Source: Candidatus Latescibacterota bacterium (GTDB taxonomy: Bacteria; Latescibacterota; UBA2968; UBA8231). Taken from it: a DNA stretch of 64,000 bases. The translations under genes were made by a program, and so were the position numbers. Location: assembly GCA_965203355.1 (NCBI GenBank), contig OZ241889.1, forward strand, positions 2,272,001 through 2,336,000. The letters run 5' to 3'. The notes under the pieces are model-generated. The model worked only from the letters and a program-made list of their open reading frames with translations, had not been told where the DNA came from and searched no databases. Positions 52,652-61,771 of the stretch are shown here, in pieces (the stretch's first letter is position 1; every line of letters starts with the position of its first letter).

Positions 52652-55273
52652 GTGCGGACCGCGCCCTTGGTGCTGTTGCTGGTTAGTTGTCTGGCGATTT
52701 CGGCCTGCGTCTATTTCAATACATTTTACAACGCCAAAAAATCCTTCCGCGCAGCCGAGAAAGAACGGCGCAAACACGAAGAGGCCTACGCCGACTGGGC
52801 CTTTGACCGGGCTGGCCCCGAATTGCAACGCCAGCGCTCGCCGCAGGCCGACCAACTCTACGACAAAGCGGTGCGCAAGGCGTCCAAAGTGCTCGACGAA
52901 TACAAGGAGAGCGACTGGGTCGACGACGCCATGTTCCTGATTGGCCGAGCGTATTACTGGCGCGGCCAATACCTCAATGCCCAAGAGTCGTTCCGCGACT
53001 TGGAAACCTTTTTCCCGTCCAGTCCGTACTTCGATCAAGCCCGCTACTGGCGCGCCCGCTGCCTAGCGGAACAGCGGGTTGACGACCAAGCGCAGTCGCT
53101 CTACCGAGTGCTGTTTGACGAGGCCGAGGAAAAAATAGCCGTTCAAGCGGGCCTACACTTAGCCGAGATGGCGCACGACCGCGAGGACTACATCGCCGCC
53201 ATGCGAGAATATCGGGCGACGTTAGCAGCCTTTCCCAAGAGCGCGGTGCGTGCCCAGTTGTGGTTGCGTTTGGGCGAGGCGCTGATGGCTTTGGGGGACC
53301 CGGCCCGCTTGGATGAAGCGCTAGCGGCTTTTGACGAAGTGCTAAAGGCCAATCCAAGCGACGAGCAAAAGTACCGCGCCCGGCTCAACAGCGGACGCGC
53401 CCTCTACGCCATGGGGGCGGAAGACGAGGCGCTGGATACATACGTCAGCCTGCTCGACGAGGGCGGCTTTCGCCGCTTTGAGGGGCGCACCCGGCTGCTA
53501 ATCGGCGAGTGGTATCAGGGCCGCCGCTTGCTCGGCGAGGCCCTATCTGAGTACGAGCAGGTGCGCAACGACTTCCCCCAAACGCCCTCGGCGGCTATGG
53601 CCCTGTATCGCATTGGCCTGCTGCATCTACAGGAATACGGGGATACCGAGTTGGGGCGCGAGTACCTGGAGGAGAGTAGCCGAGAGAGTCCAGGAGCGCA
53701 GGGCGTGCTTTTGGCCCAAGAGATGATGGGACACATGCGCCGGCTGGAGCAGGTCCAGCGCCAGATCCATCGCGCCGATTCGCTCTACGCCGACTCGCTA
53801 GGCGCGGTGCAGGGGCCGCTGTTGTGGCTGGCCGCAGCGGAGCCGGCCGACACAGTGGTAGTGGCGCGGAGTTTGGCGGTGCTGAACGACCTATTCAGCG
53901 CGTGTGAACTCTATCGCGACGACATCGGCCAGGCCGATTCGGCGCGCGCGTACTACGAGGAAGTACTCCGCCGCTTCCCAGACAGCGACCAATTGCCCCG
54001 CGCCGTGTACAGCCTCGCTTGGATCGAGTTGCAAATGCGCGGCGACGAAGAGGCTGCTAGGCCCCATTTGCTGCGGCTGATTGAGGAGTTTCCCACCTCG
54101 GCGCATGCCAACGAAGCCCGCCGCTTGCTGGGGCAAAAACTCGAGGCCACAGCCGAAGAGCTAGCGGCCCGTGCGTTTGCGCGGATCGAGACACTGCGCC
54201 TAGCGCAACCCGAGGCGACCGAGGTGTACATCCCCCTGTTGGACAGTTTGAGCCATGCGTTCGCCGGTACGCCGAGTGGGGGGCAAGCGGCGTTCTTGGC
54301 GGCCCATACCTACGAGAATGTCGTTGGAGATACGGGCGCAGCCGAATTGCGCTATCAGTTGTTGCGCGAAGAGTTCGCCGAGACGCGGTTTGGCAAGCTG
54401 GCCCAGCAGCGGTGGGAAATGCGCGAGGAAAAGCTCATCGACAAGCTGGAGCGCGGCCTGAAGGCGGTCGGCGGCCAGCTCGGCCTAGGGGAGCGGATTG
54501 CATTGCTCGCTTTGGAACCAGACACGCTCGACACGGTGGCGTTGGCGCGTAAATACATCGGCTTTGCCGAGCGCGCCCAGCGGCGCGGGGATGTTGCGCT
54601 GGCCCGCGATTTTTACGAGCGCAGCATCAACCAGCAGGTCGCCAACCCGCGCGCCCTGTATCAACTGGGCAATGTTAGCTGGGCGGAAGGCTATTTCAAC
54701 GACGCCATTGCGTTCTACCGCCAGGCCCTATCCTTTGACAAGAGTAATCTCAACCTCTACTACCGACTCTGGCGCGCCTTTACCGAACAGGGCGTAGAGG
54801 ACTCGGCCAACTACTATCTGCGGGAGGTTGCACGACGCGACCGCAACAGCGCGCAGATTCGCTTTTTGCTGGATCAGTACCCGGATTTTCAGGGGGGCCA
54901 AGACCGCGAGGACTTGGACGTGGAAGCGATGATCGAGCTCGACTTGTCGATTCCGCCAGACGAGTTGGGGTGGAAGGAGGGCGACTGGGCGCTGAGCGAT
55001 TGGCCGCTGGTTCGGCAGGTGGTGCGGCCGGTCTATCCGGCGGCGGCTGAGGATTCGGCTGAGGTATTGCTCGACGTGCTGATCGACCGCGAGGGACGGC
55101 CCGAGCAAGTGGAGGTCTTTCGCGGGGAACCTCCTTTTGTCGAGCGGGCGGTGGATGCGGCGTATGGCTATAGCTTCTATCCGGCGGTGGGCCGCAATGG
55201 CGAAGCGATCAAGTCGTGGGTCGAGTTGACTGTGCCGTTTGGCTTGCCACAAGGCGAAGGGAAAGAGCCGTGA
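52652..55273 (+). CDS. TPR lipoprotein with C-terminal TonB-C-like domain
   Basis: ISAC lipobox followed by VYFNTFYNAKK; many TPRs; C-terminal PVYP...VLIDREGRP...AVDAA...F.PA...G..IKSWV..VPF. Confidence 0.75.
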   Translation: MRTAPLVLLLVSCLAISACVYFNTFYNAKKSFRAAEKERRKHEEAYADWAFDRAGPELQRQRSPQADQLYDKAVRKASKVLDEYKESDWVDDAMFLIGRAYYWRGQYLNAQESFRDLETFFPSSPYFDQARYWRARCLAEQRVDDQAQSLYRVLFDEAEEKIAVQAGLHLAEMAHDREDYIAAMREYRATLAAFPKSAVRAQLWLRLGEALMALGDPARLDEALAAFDEVLKANPSDEQKYRARLNSGRALYAMGAEDEALDTYVSLLDEGGFRRFEGRTRLLIGEWYQGRRLLGEALSEYEQVRNDFPQTPSAAMALYRIGLLHLQEYGDTELGREYLEESSRESPGAQGVLLAQEMMGHMRRLEQVQRQIHRADSLYADSLGAVQGPLLWLAAAEPADTVVVARSLAVLNDLFSACELYRDDIGQADSARAYYEEVLRRFPDSDQLPRAVYSLAWIELQMRGDEEAARPHLLRLIEEFPTSAHANEARRLLGQKLEATAEELAARAFARIETLRLAQPEATEVYIPLLDSLSHAFAGTPSGGQAAFLAAHTYENVVGDTGAAELRYQLLREEFAETRFGKLAQQRWEMREEKLIDKLERGLKAVGGQLGLGERIALLALEPDTLDTVALARKYIGFAERAQRRGDVALARDFYERSINQQVANPRALYQLGNVSWAEGYFNDAIAFYRQALSFDKSNLNLYYRLWRAFTEQGVEDSANYYLREVARRDRNSAQIRFLLDQYPDFQGGQDREDLDVEAMIELDLSIPPDELGWKEGDWALSDWPLVRQVVRPVYPAAAEDSAEVLLDVLIDREGRPEQVEVFRGEPPFVERAVDAAYGYSFYPAVGRNGEAIKSWVELTVPFGLPQGEGKEP

Positions 55274-56082
55274 TCGACGAGCAAGCGCGTCTGTTGAGCA
55301 ACCGCGAAGTGGCCGCGGACTTCTATTTGGCGCGTCTTAACGCGCCCTACATTGCCGCGCGGATTGAGCCGGGTCAGTTTGTCAACATTCAGGTCGGCGC
55401 GGGAATGGCTCCCTTGTTGCGCGTCCCTCTGAGCGTTAGCGGCGTCGACCGCGAGGCCGGTATCATCGAGGTATTGTACGAAAAGGTCGGACCGAAGACT
55501 CGAGCGCTGAGCCAGTTCGGGCCGGATGCGGTCTGGCCCACGCTCGGCCCGTTGGGCAAGGGGTTCGCGCCGCCGCCCAAGGGTGCGCGTGTCGTGCTGG
55601 TTGGGGGCGGCATTGGTGTGCCGCCGCTGTTGTACTGGGGGTTGAAACTGAGGCAGCGTGCGTACCAAACTGCGTTGTTGGTTGGAGCGCGGGCGGCGGA
55701 CAAGCACTTGCCCAGCGAGTTGCTGACATCGGCGGCGGACCGAGTGCGCCGCGCCACCGACGACGGCAGCCTTGGACACGCGGGCTTGGTCACCGATCTG
55801 TTGCAAGACGCGCTCGCTGAAAAGGGGCCGTGCGCGGTTTATTGCTGTGGTCCGCACGGGATGATGCAGGCCGTGGCTGCTATATGTCTAGCGGCCCAAG
55901 TTCCGTGTCAGGTTTCGCTCGAAGAGTACATGGCTTGCGGCATCGGCATCTGCGTGGGCTGCGCCGTTGAGTTGGCGACGGCCCAAGGCGACGCGGATTA
56001 CGGTCGCTACGCCCGCATCTGCGTGGATGGGCCGGCATTTGACGTGCGGCAGATAAAATGGAGCAGCGCATGGCCGACCTGA
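55270..56082 (+). CDS. pyrK: Dihydroorotate dehydrogenase electron-transfer subunit
   Basis: PGQFV, GPLGKGF, GGGIG, CGP, MACGIGICVGC...CVDGP. Confidence 0.93.
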   Translation: MIDEQARLLSNREVAADFYLARLNAPYIAARIEPGQFVNIQVGAGMAPLLRVPLSVSGVDREAGIIEVLYEKVGPKTRALSQFGPDAVWPTLGPLGKGFAPPPKGARVVLVGGGIGVPPLLYWGLKLRQRAYQTALLVGARAADKHLPSELLTSAADRVRRATDDGSLGHAGLVTDLLQDALAEKGPCAVYCCGPHGMMQAVAAICLAAQVPCQVSLEEYMACGIGICVGCAVELATAQGDADYGRYARICVDGPAFDVRQIKWSSAWPT

Positions 56083-56981
56083 GCATAGACTTTGCTGGCG
56101 TGCCACTGCGCAACCCGGTGCTGCTCGCTTCGGGCACCTGCAACTACGGTCAGGAGCTTTTGCCGCTGACTGATTTTGCGCGCTTGGGTGGGCTGGTCAC
56201 CAAGACCATTACGCCGCAGCCTCGGGGCGGCAATCCTCCCCAGCGCATCGTCGAGACGCCAGCCGGAATGCTCAATTCCATTGGCTTGCAAAACCCCGGG
56301 CTGGAGGCTTTCATCGCGCAGCAATGGCCTTTGCTGGCCGATTTGGACGCGCAGGTCGTGGTAAATATCGCCGGATTCGCGGTCGAGGAGTTCGGACAGA
56401 TGGCGGCGAGTCTCGAAGCGTTGCCAGGCATTGCTGCGCTCGAAGTCAATATATCCTGCCCTAATGTCGAAGCCGGAGGCGACAATTTCGCCACGCGACC
56501 CCAAACCGCGGCCGCCGCCCTTGCCGCGGTCCGCGGCCGCACTCAGCGCCCGGTCATCGCCAAGCTGACGCCCAATGTCACAGATATTGCCGAAGTGGCC
56601 CGGGCCGTGGTGGATGCGGGAGCGGATGCGATCTCCCTGATCAATACGCTGGTTGGCATGGCCATTGACGTGGAGCGGCGGCGGCCGGTCTTGGGCGGTA
56701 TCACAGGCGGTTTGTCCGGCCCGGCGATCAAGCCCGTAGCCCTCGCCATGGTGTGGAAGGTGGCCCAAGCCGTCTCCGTGCCTATCATGGGCATCGGCGG
56801 CATCACCACCGCGCGCGACGCGCTAGAATTCATGGTCGCTGGTGCTTCGGCCGTTCAAGTCGGCACGGCCAGTTTTGCCAATCCCAACGCCGGCGTCGCG
56901 ATCGTCGAGGACCTCCACGCCTATTGCGACGAGCGCGGCATGGACCGCATTGCTTCGCTCGTGGGCAGCTTGCGCGATTAG
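56070..56981 (+). CDS. pyrD: Dihydroorotate dehydrogenase (class 1B) catalytic subunit
   Basis: NPVLLASGT, MLNSIGLQNPG, NISCPN, KLTPN, GGLSGPAIKP. Confidence 0.96.
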   Translation: MADLSIDFAGVPLRNPVLLASGTCNYGQELLPLTDFARLGGLVTKTITPQPRGGNPPQRIVETPAGMLNSIGLQNPGLEAFIAQQWPLLADLDAQVVVNIAGFAVEEFGQMAASLEALPGIAALEVNISCPNVEAGGDNFATRPQTAAAALAAVRGRTQRPVIAKLTPNVTDIAEVARAVVDAGADAISLINTLVGMAIDVERRRPVLGGITGGLSGPAIKPVALAMVWKVAQAVSVPIMGIGGITTARDALEFMVAGASAVQVGTASFANPNAGVAIVEDLHAYCDERGMDRIASLVGSLRD

Positions 56982-57023
56982 CTATCCTTGTTTTTTTAAG
57001 GCATAATTTTAGATTTACAAGGT

Positions 57024-58214
57024 ATGATTCCGCGCCGGACCCATAAAATCGTGGCTAACGCCTTGGACCGACAAGCGGCGGTCGCCCTAATTGGGCCGCG
57101 TCAGGCTGGCAAGACCACGCTCGCTTACGAGATCGCAAAGCAGACGGACGCGCTGTACCTCGATCTCGAATCAAGCGTTGATCGGGCGAAACTCGCCGAT
57201 GCGCGGCTTTTTCTCGCCGAGTACGAAGACCGGTTGGTTGTTCTCGACGAGATCCATCGTGCGCCCGGGCTGTTCCCCGAACTTCGCGGCATGATCGACC
57301 AAGGCCGGAGACGCGGAAAGCGGACCGGCCGTTTTCTGCTCCTCGGATCGGCGTCCGTAGAACTGCTCAGACAGTCGGGGGAGAGTTTGGCCGGCCGGAT
57401 TGAGTACGTGCCGCTCGCTCCGTTTGATGTGCTGGACGTGTCGCCGGAGATGGCGTCCGCGACCAAACTATGGGTGCGCGGCGGGTTTCCCGACAGTCTG
57501 CTGGCGGCGAGCGACGGCGCTAGCCTAATTTTCCGCCGCAACTTGATTCGCACCTACTTGGAACGGGACGTATCCGAGTTTAGCGGACGGCGCATACCGG
57601 CCGAGACGCTGGAGCGGCTGTGGACCATGCTCGCGCATAGCCAGGGTGCATTGCTGAACGCATCAAAGCTAGCCGCTAGCTTGATGATCAGTAGCCCAAC
57701 GGTGGCCGGTTATATTGATTTGCTGGTCGATCTGTTGCTGGTGCGCCGCCTGCGACCATTCTACGCCAACACGAGTAAGCGCCTCGTTAAGTCTCCCAAA
57801 ATTTACATCCGAGATAGTGGTCTGGTCCACGCGCTACTCGGCCTTGACAGCCACAACGCGCTCATTGGCCATCCGGTCGCTGGCGCTAGCTGGGAAGGGT
57901 TTGTCATCGAGAACTTGTTGGCCGCGGCCCCAGCCGGGACTGCTGCACACTTCTACCGCACTCAAGCCGGGGCCGAGATCGACTTGGTACTGGAGTTGCC
58001 GGGCGAAAGCGCACCTTGGGCTGTCGAAGTCAAACTGGGGTTGGTGCCCAGCATGGGCCGCGGGTTTTACAACGCCTGCGAGGATGTCGCACCGCAGCGA
58101 GCCTTTGTCGTGTACTCGGGCGATGAGCACTATCCATTGTCAACAGGTGTCGAAGCGATTGGCCTGCGGGCGATGGCCAAGCTACTCTACGAGCAAACGC
58201 GCGGTCTGGCTTAA
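57024..58214 (+). CDS. AAA_14 plus DUF4143 ATPase
   Basis: GPRQAGKT, LDEIH, LLGS, RGGFP, KSPKIYIRDSG, EIDLV...EVK. Confidence 0.9.
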   Translation: MIPRRTHKIVANALDRQAAVALIGPRQAGKTTLAYEIAKQTDALYLDLESSVDRAKLADARLFLAEYEDRLVVLDEIHRAPGLFPELRGMIDQGRRRGKRTGRFLLLGSASVELLRQSGESLAGRIEYVPLAPFDVLDVSPEMASATKLWVRGGFPDSLLAASDGASLIFRRNLIRTYLERDVSEFSGRRIPAETLERLWTMLAHSQGALLNASKLAASLMISSPTVAGYIDLLVDLLLVRRLRPFYANTSKRLVKSPKIYIRDSGLVHALLGLDSHNALIGHPVAGASWEGFVIENLLAAAPAGTAAHFYRTQAGAEIDLVLELPGESAPWAVEVKLGLVPSMGRGFYNACEDVAPQRAFVVYSGDEHYPLSTGVEAIGLRAMAKLLYEQTRGLA

Positions 58215-58236
58215 ATCCGCATCCCGCCCTTTGTGC

Positions 58237-58860
58237 CTACCGCATCGGCACGAAACGCACGGGTAGGAGTTGGCGCTGGCTGAGGCCGGCCGCGCTGCGC
58301 TCGACCAAGACTAAGTGCTGGCGTTGGGAGCCTAGCGGCAGAATGAAGCGGCCCTTAGACGCTAGTTGTTCGGTCAGAGCGGGTGGGATGGTCGCCGGGG
58401 CAGCCGAGCATACAATGGCGTCAAAAGGCGCGGCCTCGGGCCAGCCCATGCGGCCGTCGCCGACGCGGAGAGCGACATGGCCATAGCCTGTGTCGGTGAG
58501 CACGAGACGGGCTTGGGTGGCCAGTTCGGAAAAGAATTCAATACTATAGACTTGGTCGGCCAGTTCGGCGAGCAGGGCCGTTTGGTACCCAGAGCCGGTG
58601 CCAATCTCCAAGACCCGTTCTCGGCCCTGCAAGCCGAGTGCCGCGAGCATGTAGGCCACTACGTATGGCTGCGATATGGTTTGGTCTGCGCCGATGGCCA
58701 GCGGGTGGTCGGCATAGGCGTGGGGGCGCAGGGTCGCCGGGACGTAGCAATGCCTTGGGACGCGCGCGAATGCCGCGAGTACGCGCGAGTCGCCAATGCC
58801 GCGCTGGCTGAGTTGTTCGCGCACCATAGCGCGGCGTTGGTCGGCATAGGAAGCCATCAC
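58237..58860 (-). CDS. pcm: Protein-L-isoaspartate O-methyltransferase
   Basis: QTISQP, VLEIGTGSGYQ, GDG..GWPEAAPFD, VRFVP. Confidence 0.95.
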   Translation of the reverse strand: MMASYADQRRAMVREQLSQRGIGDSRVLAAFARVPRHCYVPATLRPHAYADHPLAIGADQTISQPYVVAYMLAALGLQGRERVLEIGTGSGYQTALLAELADQVYSIEFFSELATQARLVLTDTGYGHVALRVGDGRMGWPEAAPFDAIVCSAAPATIPPALTEQLASKGRFILPLGSQRQHLVLVERSAAGLSQRQLLPVRFVPMR

Positions 58861-59750
58861 GTATGCTGGAGGAGGGCTAAGGCCGCATCTATGGCGGCCG
58901 CAGTGGGGATGGCAGCGATGTCAGCAACGGGTGCTTGCAGGACTTGGCTGCGCTTGCCGCACGGGGCCCACAGCCGGGGGTCCGTGGGGCCAAACAGCGT
59001 CAGGGTTGGGGTGCCGACGGCCGCGGCTATGTGCCCAGGGCCGGAGTCGTTGCCGATGAAGAGCGCGGCTTTGGCGAGCAGGCCGGCGAGGGAGCGCAGG
59101 TCTGGGGGGTGGAGCGTGGGGAGGTCGCCGATGGTGAGTTGTCGTTCGCGTTCGACCGGGCCGTACAGGAGCGCGGTATGCCAGCCTCTTTTTTGCAATG
59201 CACTGGCGAGGGCGTGGAAATTCGCCACGGGCCAGCACTTGGCTGGCGCGCCACTGCCTAAGTGGATGACGACTTCGGGCGCAGCGGCGAGCGCATCTAC
59301 ATAGCCGTAGTCGCCGGGCCGCAGCGCGATGTGTGGAACGCGGTCGCTGGCGGGCAGCCCCCAGGGCCGCAAGGGGCTTAGCAAGTGATCGACAATGTGC
59401 CCACGAAAATCGGCCGGGGGCCGCGGGTCCCACAGCAGCACGGGGCCGGCGACGGCTCGGCGCAGTTGCGGGCCGAAGTGTTGGGCATCCACCGCATAGG
59501 CTAGCACGCGCTGCGTAGCGGCGAAGAGCTGGTGGGTGGCCGGGGGAAGCGGCCCAGCGCGGTGCAGGGGAATCAAGCGCGGGTCTTCGCTGTCGAGGAT
59601 GGAGGCCGTTGGGCCGAGTGCTAGGGTTGCCGGACGGCCGATAAAGCGCAAGTCAGCGGTGGGAAAGGCCCGGCGCACAGCATGGATGGCGGGTAGGGTG
59701 AGGACAAAGTCGCCGATGGCCCCGCCGCGAAATATGATTATCTCGCTCAA
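58857..59750 (-). CDS. Glycosyltransferase family 9 (heptosyltransferase-like)
   Basis: GAIGDFVL, HLGSG...KCWP, GNDSGPGHIAAA, LFGPTDP. Confidence 0.88.
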   Translation of the reverse strand: MSEIIIFRGGAIGDFVLTLPAIHAVRRAFPTADLRFIGRPATLALGPTASILDSEDPRLIPLHRAGPLPPATHQLFAATQRVLAYAVDAQHFGPQLRRAVAGPVLLWDPRPPADFRGHIVDHLLSPLRPWGLPASDRVPHIALRPGDYGYVDALAAAPEVVIHLGSGAPAKCWPVANFHALASALQKRGWHTALLYGPVERERQLTIGDLPTLHPPDLRSLAGLLAKAALFIGNDSGPGHIAAAVGTPTLTLFGPTDPRLWAPCGKRSQVLQAPVADIAAIPTAAAIDAALALLQHT

Positions 59751-59849
59751 TTTTGCCGCTCTGTTGTAGGCGTCTCTTGCCCGCTAGGAAATTTTTGCAT
59801 AATTTTTACAATTCTGTTTACGCGACAACTATCTGAAGGAGTTGGCCTT

Positions 59850-60467
59850 ATGGGGGCCTTGATTGGCAAGAAATTGGGCATGACGCAGGTGTACAACGAC
59901 CGCGAGGAGCTCACGCCGGTGACGATCGTCGCGGCCGGGCCCTGCCCGGTGGTACAAGTGCGAACCAAAGAGAACAATGGGTACTCGGCGTTGCAGCTCG
60001 CATTCGACGAAGTGCCAGAGCGCAAGCTGACCAAGCCGCAGAAGGGCCATCTGGACAAGGCCGGCGTGAGCGGGCACCGCGTTCTGCGCGAATTTCGCGG
60101 CGAAGAGGGTGCGTTTGAGGTCGGCCAAGTCTTGGATGTGAGCCAGTTTGAGGTCGGCCACCGAGTCAAAGTGACGGGCAAATCCAAGGGCAAGGGGTTT
60201 GCTGGGGTGGTCAAGCGCCACGGTTTCCGCGGCAAGAACGCCAGCCACGGCACGCCCAATACCGTGCGCCACGGAGGCTCCATCGGCCAGGGCACGACGC
60301 CGGGTAAGGTGTGGAAGGGCAAGAAAATGCCCGGCCAGATGGGCAATAAGCGAGTCTCCACCAAGGGGTTGACCGTCGAACGGATCGACGCCGATCGCAA
60401 CTTGCTGTTCCTCAAAGGAGCGGTGCCAGGCGGGGCCAACGGCTACGTCCTGATACAGACCATTTAA
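59850..60467 (+). CDS. rplC: 50S ribosomal protein L3 (stand-alone)
   Basis: GKKLGMTQ, GYSALQL, SKGKGFAGVVKRHGF, GSIG...PGKVWKGKKMPGQMG, KGAVPG; AAGGAG RBS. Confidence 0.96.
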   Translation: MGALIGKKLGMTQVYNDREELTPVTIVAAGPCPVVQVRTKENNGYSALQLAFDEVPERKLTKPQKGHLDKAGVSGHRVLREFRGEEGAFEVGQVLDVSQFEVGHRVKVTGKSKGKGFAGVVKRHGFRGKNASHGTPNTVRHGGSIGQGTTPGKVWKGKKMPGQMGNKRVSTKGLTVERIDADRNLLFLKGAVPGGANGYVLIQTI

Positions 60468-60523
60468 GCCCTCTGTCTTAAGAGCGTTTGCGAGGCGGTG
60501 CCCGGTGTGGCATCGCCTCTTTT

Positions 60524-60871
60524 TTATCCTGGGGGCCACTGCATAGGGCGGCCGCCGAGCAGGTGGACGTGGAGGTGAGCGACCGTTTGCCCGCCGTCGG
60601 CACCGGCATTGACGACCAAGCGGTAGCCGGTTGCGGCTAGGCCCTGCTCGGCGGCGATCTGACTGGCTTTGAGCAGCAGGTGACCGAGCAGGGGGCGGTG
60701 TTCGGATACGGCGTGTTGTACGCCGGCGACGACTTCCTTGGGGATGACGAGGATGTGCGTCGGGGCTTGGGGTTGGATGTCGCGGAAAGCCAGACAGGCA
60801 TCGTCCTCATAGACGATGTCGGCGGGAATTTCGCGGCGGATGATCTTGCTAAAAATGGTTTCCGCACTCAT
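60524..60871 (-). CDS. hinT: HIT-family nucleotide-binding protein
   Basis: [33 protein letters not shown]...WPPG. Confidence 0.93.
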   Translation of the reverse strand: MSAETIFSKIIRREIPADIVYEDDACLAFRDIQPQAPTHILVIPKEVVAGVQHAVSEHRPLLGHLLLKASQIAAEQGLAATGYRLVVNAGADGGQTVAHLHVHLLGGRPMQWPPG

Positions 60872-60953
60872 CGGCCTTTCTCACATGGCTTAGGGACGTG
60901 GTTGGGGCGGATTATAGGCGCGGCGGCTGGAGGCGTCAAGGCGGGCGCTAACT

Positions 60954-61664
60954 ATGGATCTGAGCATCGTCATACCCGCGTACAACGAAGAGAAGCGAAT
61001 TCTCATCGCTCTGGAACAGACGCTCGCGTTGCTACAGCAGCGGCCGTGGTCCTGTGAATTGCTGGTCGTGGATGACGGCAGCACGGACCGCACGGTCGCC
61101 TGCATTGCCGAGTACGCCCGCCCGCATCCGCAAATCCGCTGTGTGCAAAACGACCGCAACCGAGGCAAGGGCTATTCCGTGCAGCACGGCGTGGCCGAGG
61201 CCCGGGGCCGGTACATCGGCTTTATGGACGGGGACTACAAGACCGACATCGCCGCGCTCGATCAGGTGATGCCCTTATTGGCAGCCGGGTGGGACGGCGT
61301 GATCGGCGACCGGACGCTGTGCGCGACCGAATTCGTCGTCGTGCGTCGGCGCTACCGGCAGTGGGGAAGCGAGGCGTTTGGCTGGCTCTTGCGCACGCTG
61401 ATGGGCTTGGGCGAGTTCGACGACACTCAGTGCGGATTTAAGTTTTTTCAGGCCGCGGTAGTGCGCGACCTCTGCGCACGGCAGCAAATCGCCGGGTTTA
61501 TGTTCGACGTGGAACTGCTACTACTGGCGCACCAATCGGGCTACCGCATTGCAAAGATCCCCGTGAAGTGGCGCTTTGACCCAGATAGCCGCTTTAATCC
61601 GGTGATCGGGACGCTGGCCAATCTCAAGGATTTGGCGCGGATCCACTGGGTGCATCGCCGCTGA
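60954..61664 (+). CDS. GT2 glycosyltransferase (dolichyl-phosphate glucosyltransferase-like)
   Basis: SIVIPAYNE, VDDGSTD, NRGKG, DGD, DTQCGFK, FDVELL. Confidence 0.9.
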   Translation: MDLSIVIPAYNEEKRILIALEQTLALLQQRPWSCELLVVDDGSTDRTVACIAEYARPHPQIRCVQNDRNRGKGYSVQHGVAEARGRYIGFMDGDYKTDIAALDQVMPLLAAGWDGVIGDRTLCATEFVVVRRRYRQWGSEAFGWLLRTLMGLGEFDDTQCGFKFFQAAVVRDLCARQQIAGFMFDVELLLLAHQSGYRIAKIPVKWRFDPDSRFNPVIGTLANLKDLARIHWVHRR

Positions 61665-61667
61665 GGG

Positions 61668-61771
61668 ATTAGTGGTCAGTGGTCAGTGGTCAGTGGTCAG
61701 TGGTCAGTAACATCCTCTCGTAGGGTGTGGTGCGGAGACTGGCCACCGGCCACCGGCCACTGACCACTAAT
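61668..61771. repeat. Heptamer tandem-repeat hairpin: (TCAGTGG)n, 29-nt loop, (CCACYGR)n
   Basis: TTAGTGG+(TCAGTGG)x4+TCAGT at 61669-61708; ACTGG CCACCGG CCACCGG CCACTGA CCACTAA at 61738-61770; fills the gap between convergent genes. Confidence 0.9.

Noticed and set aside
61668-61771. Possible CRISPR array
   Set aside because: 7-bp tandem units without spacers and no cas genes; it is an inverted-repeat hairpin.
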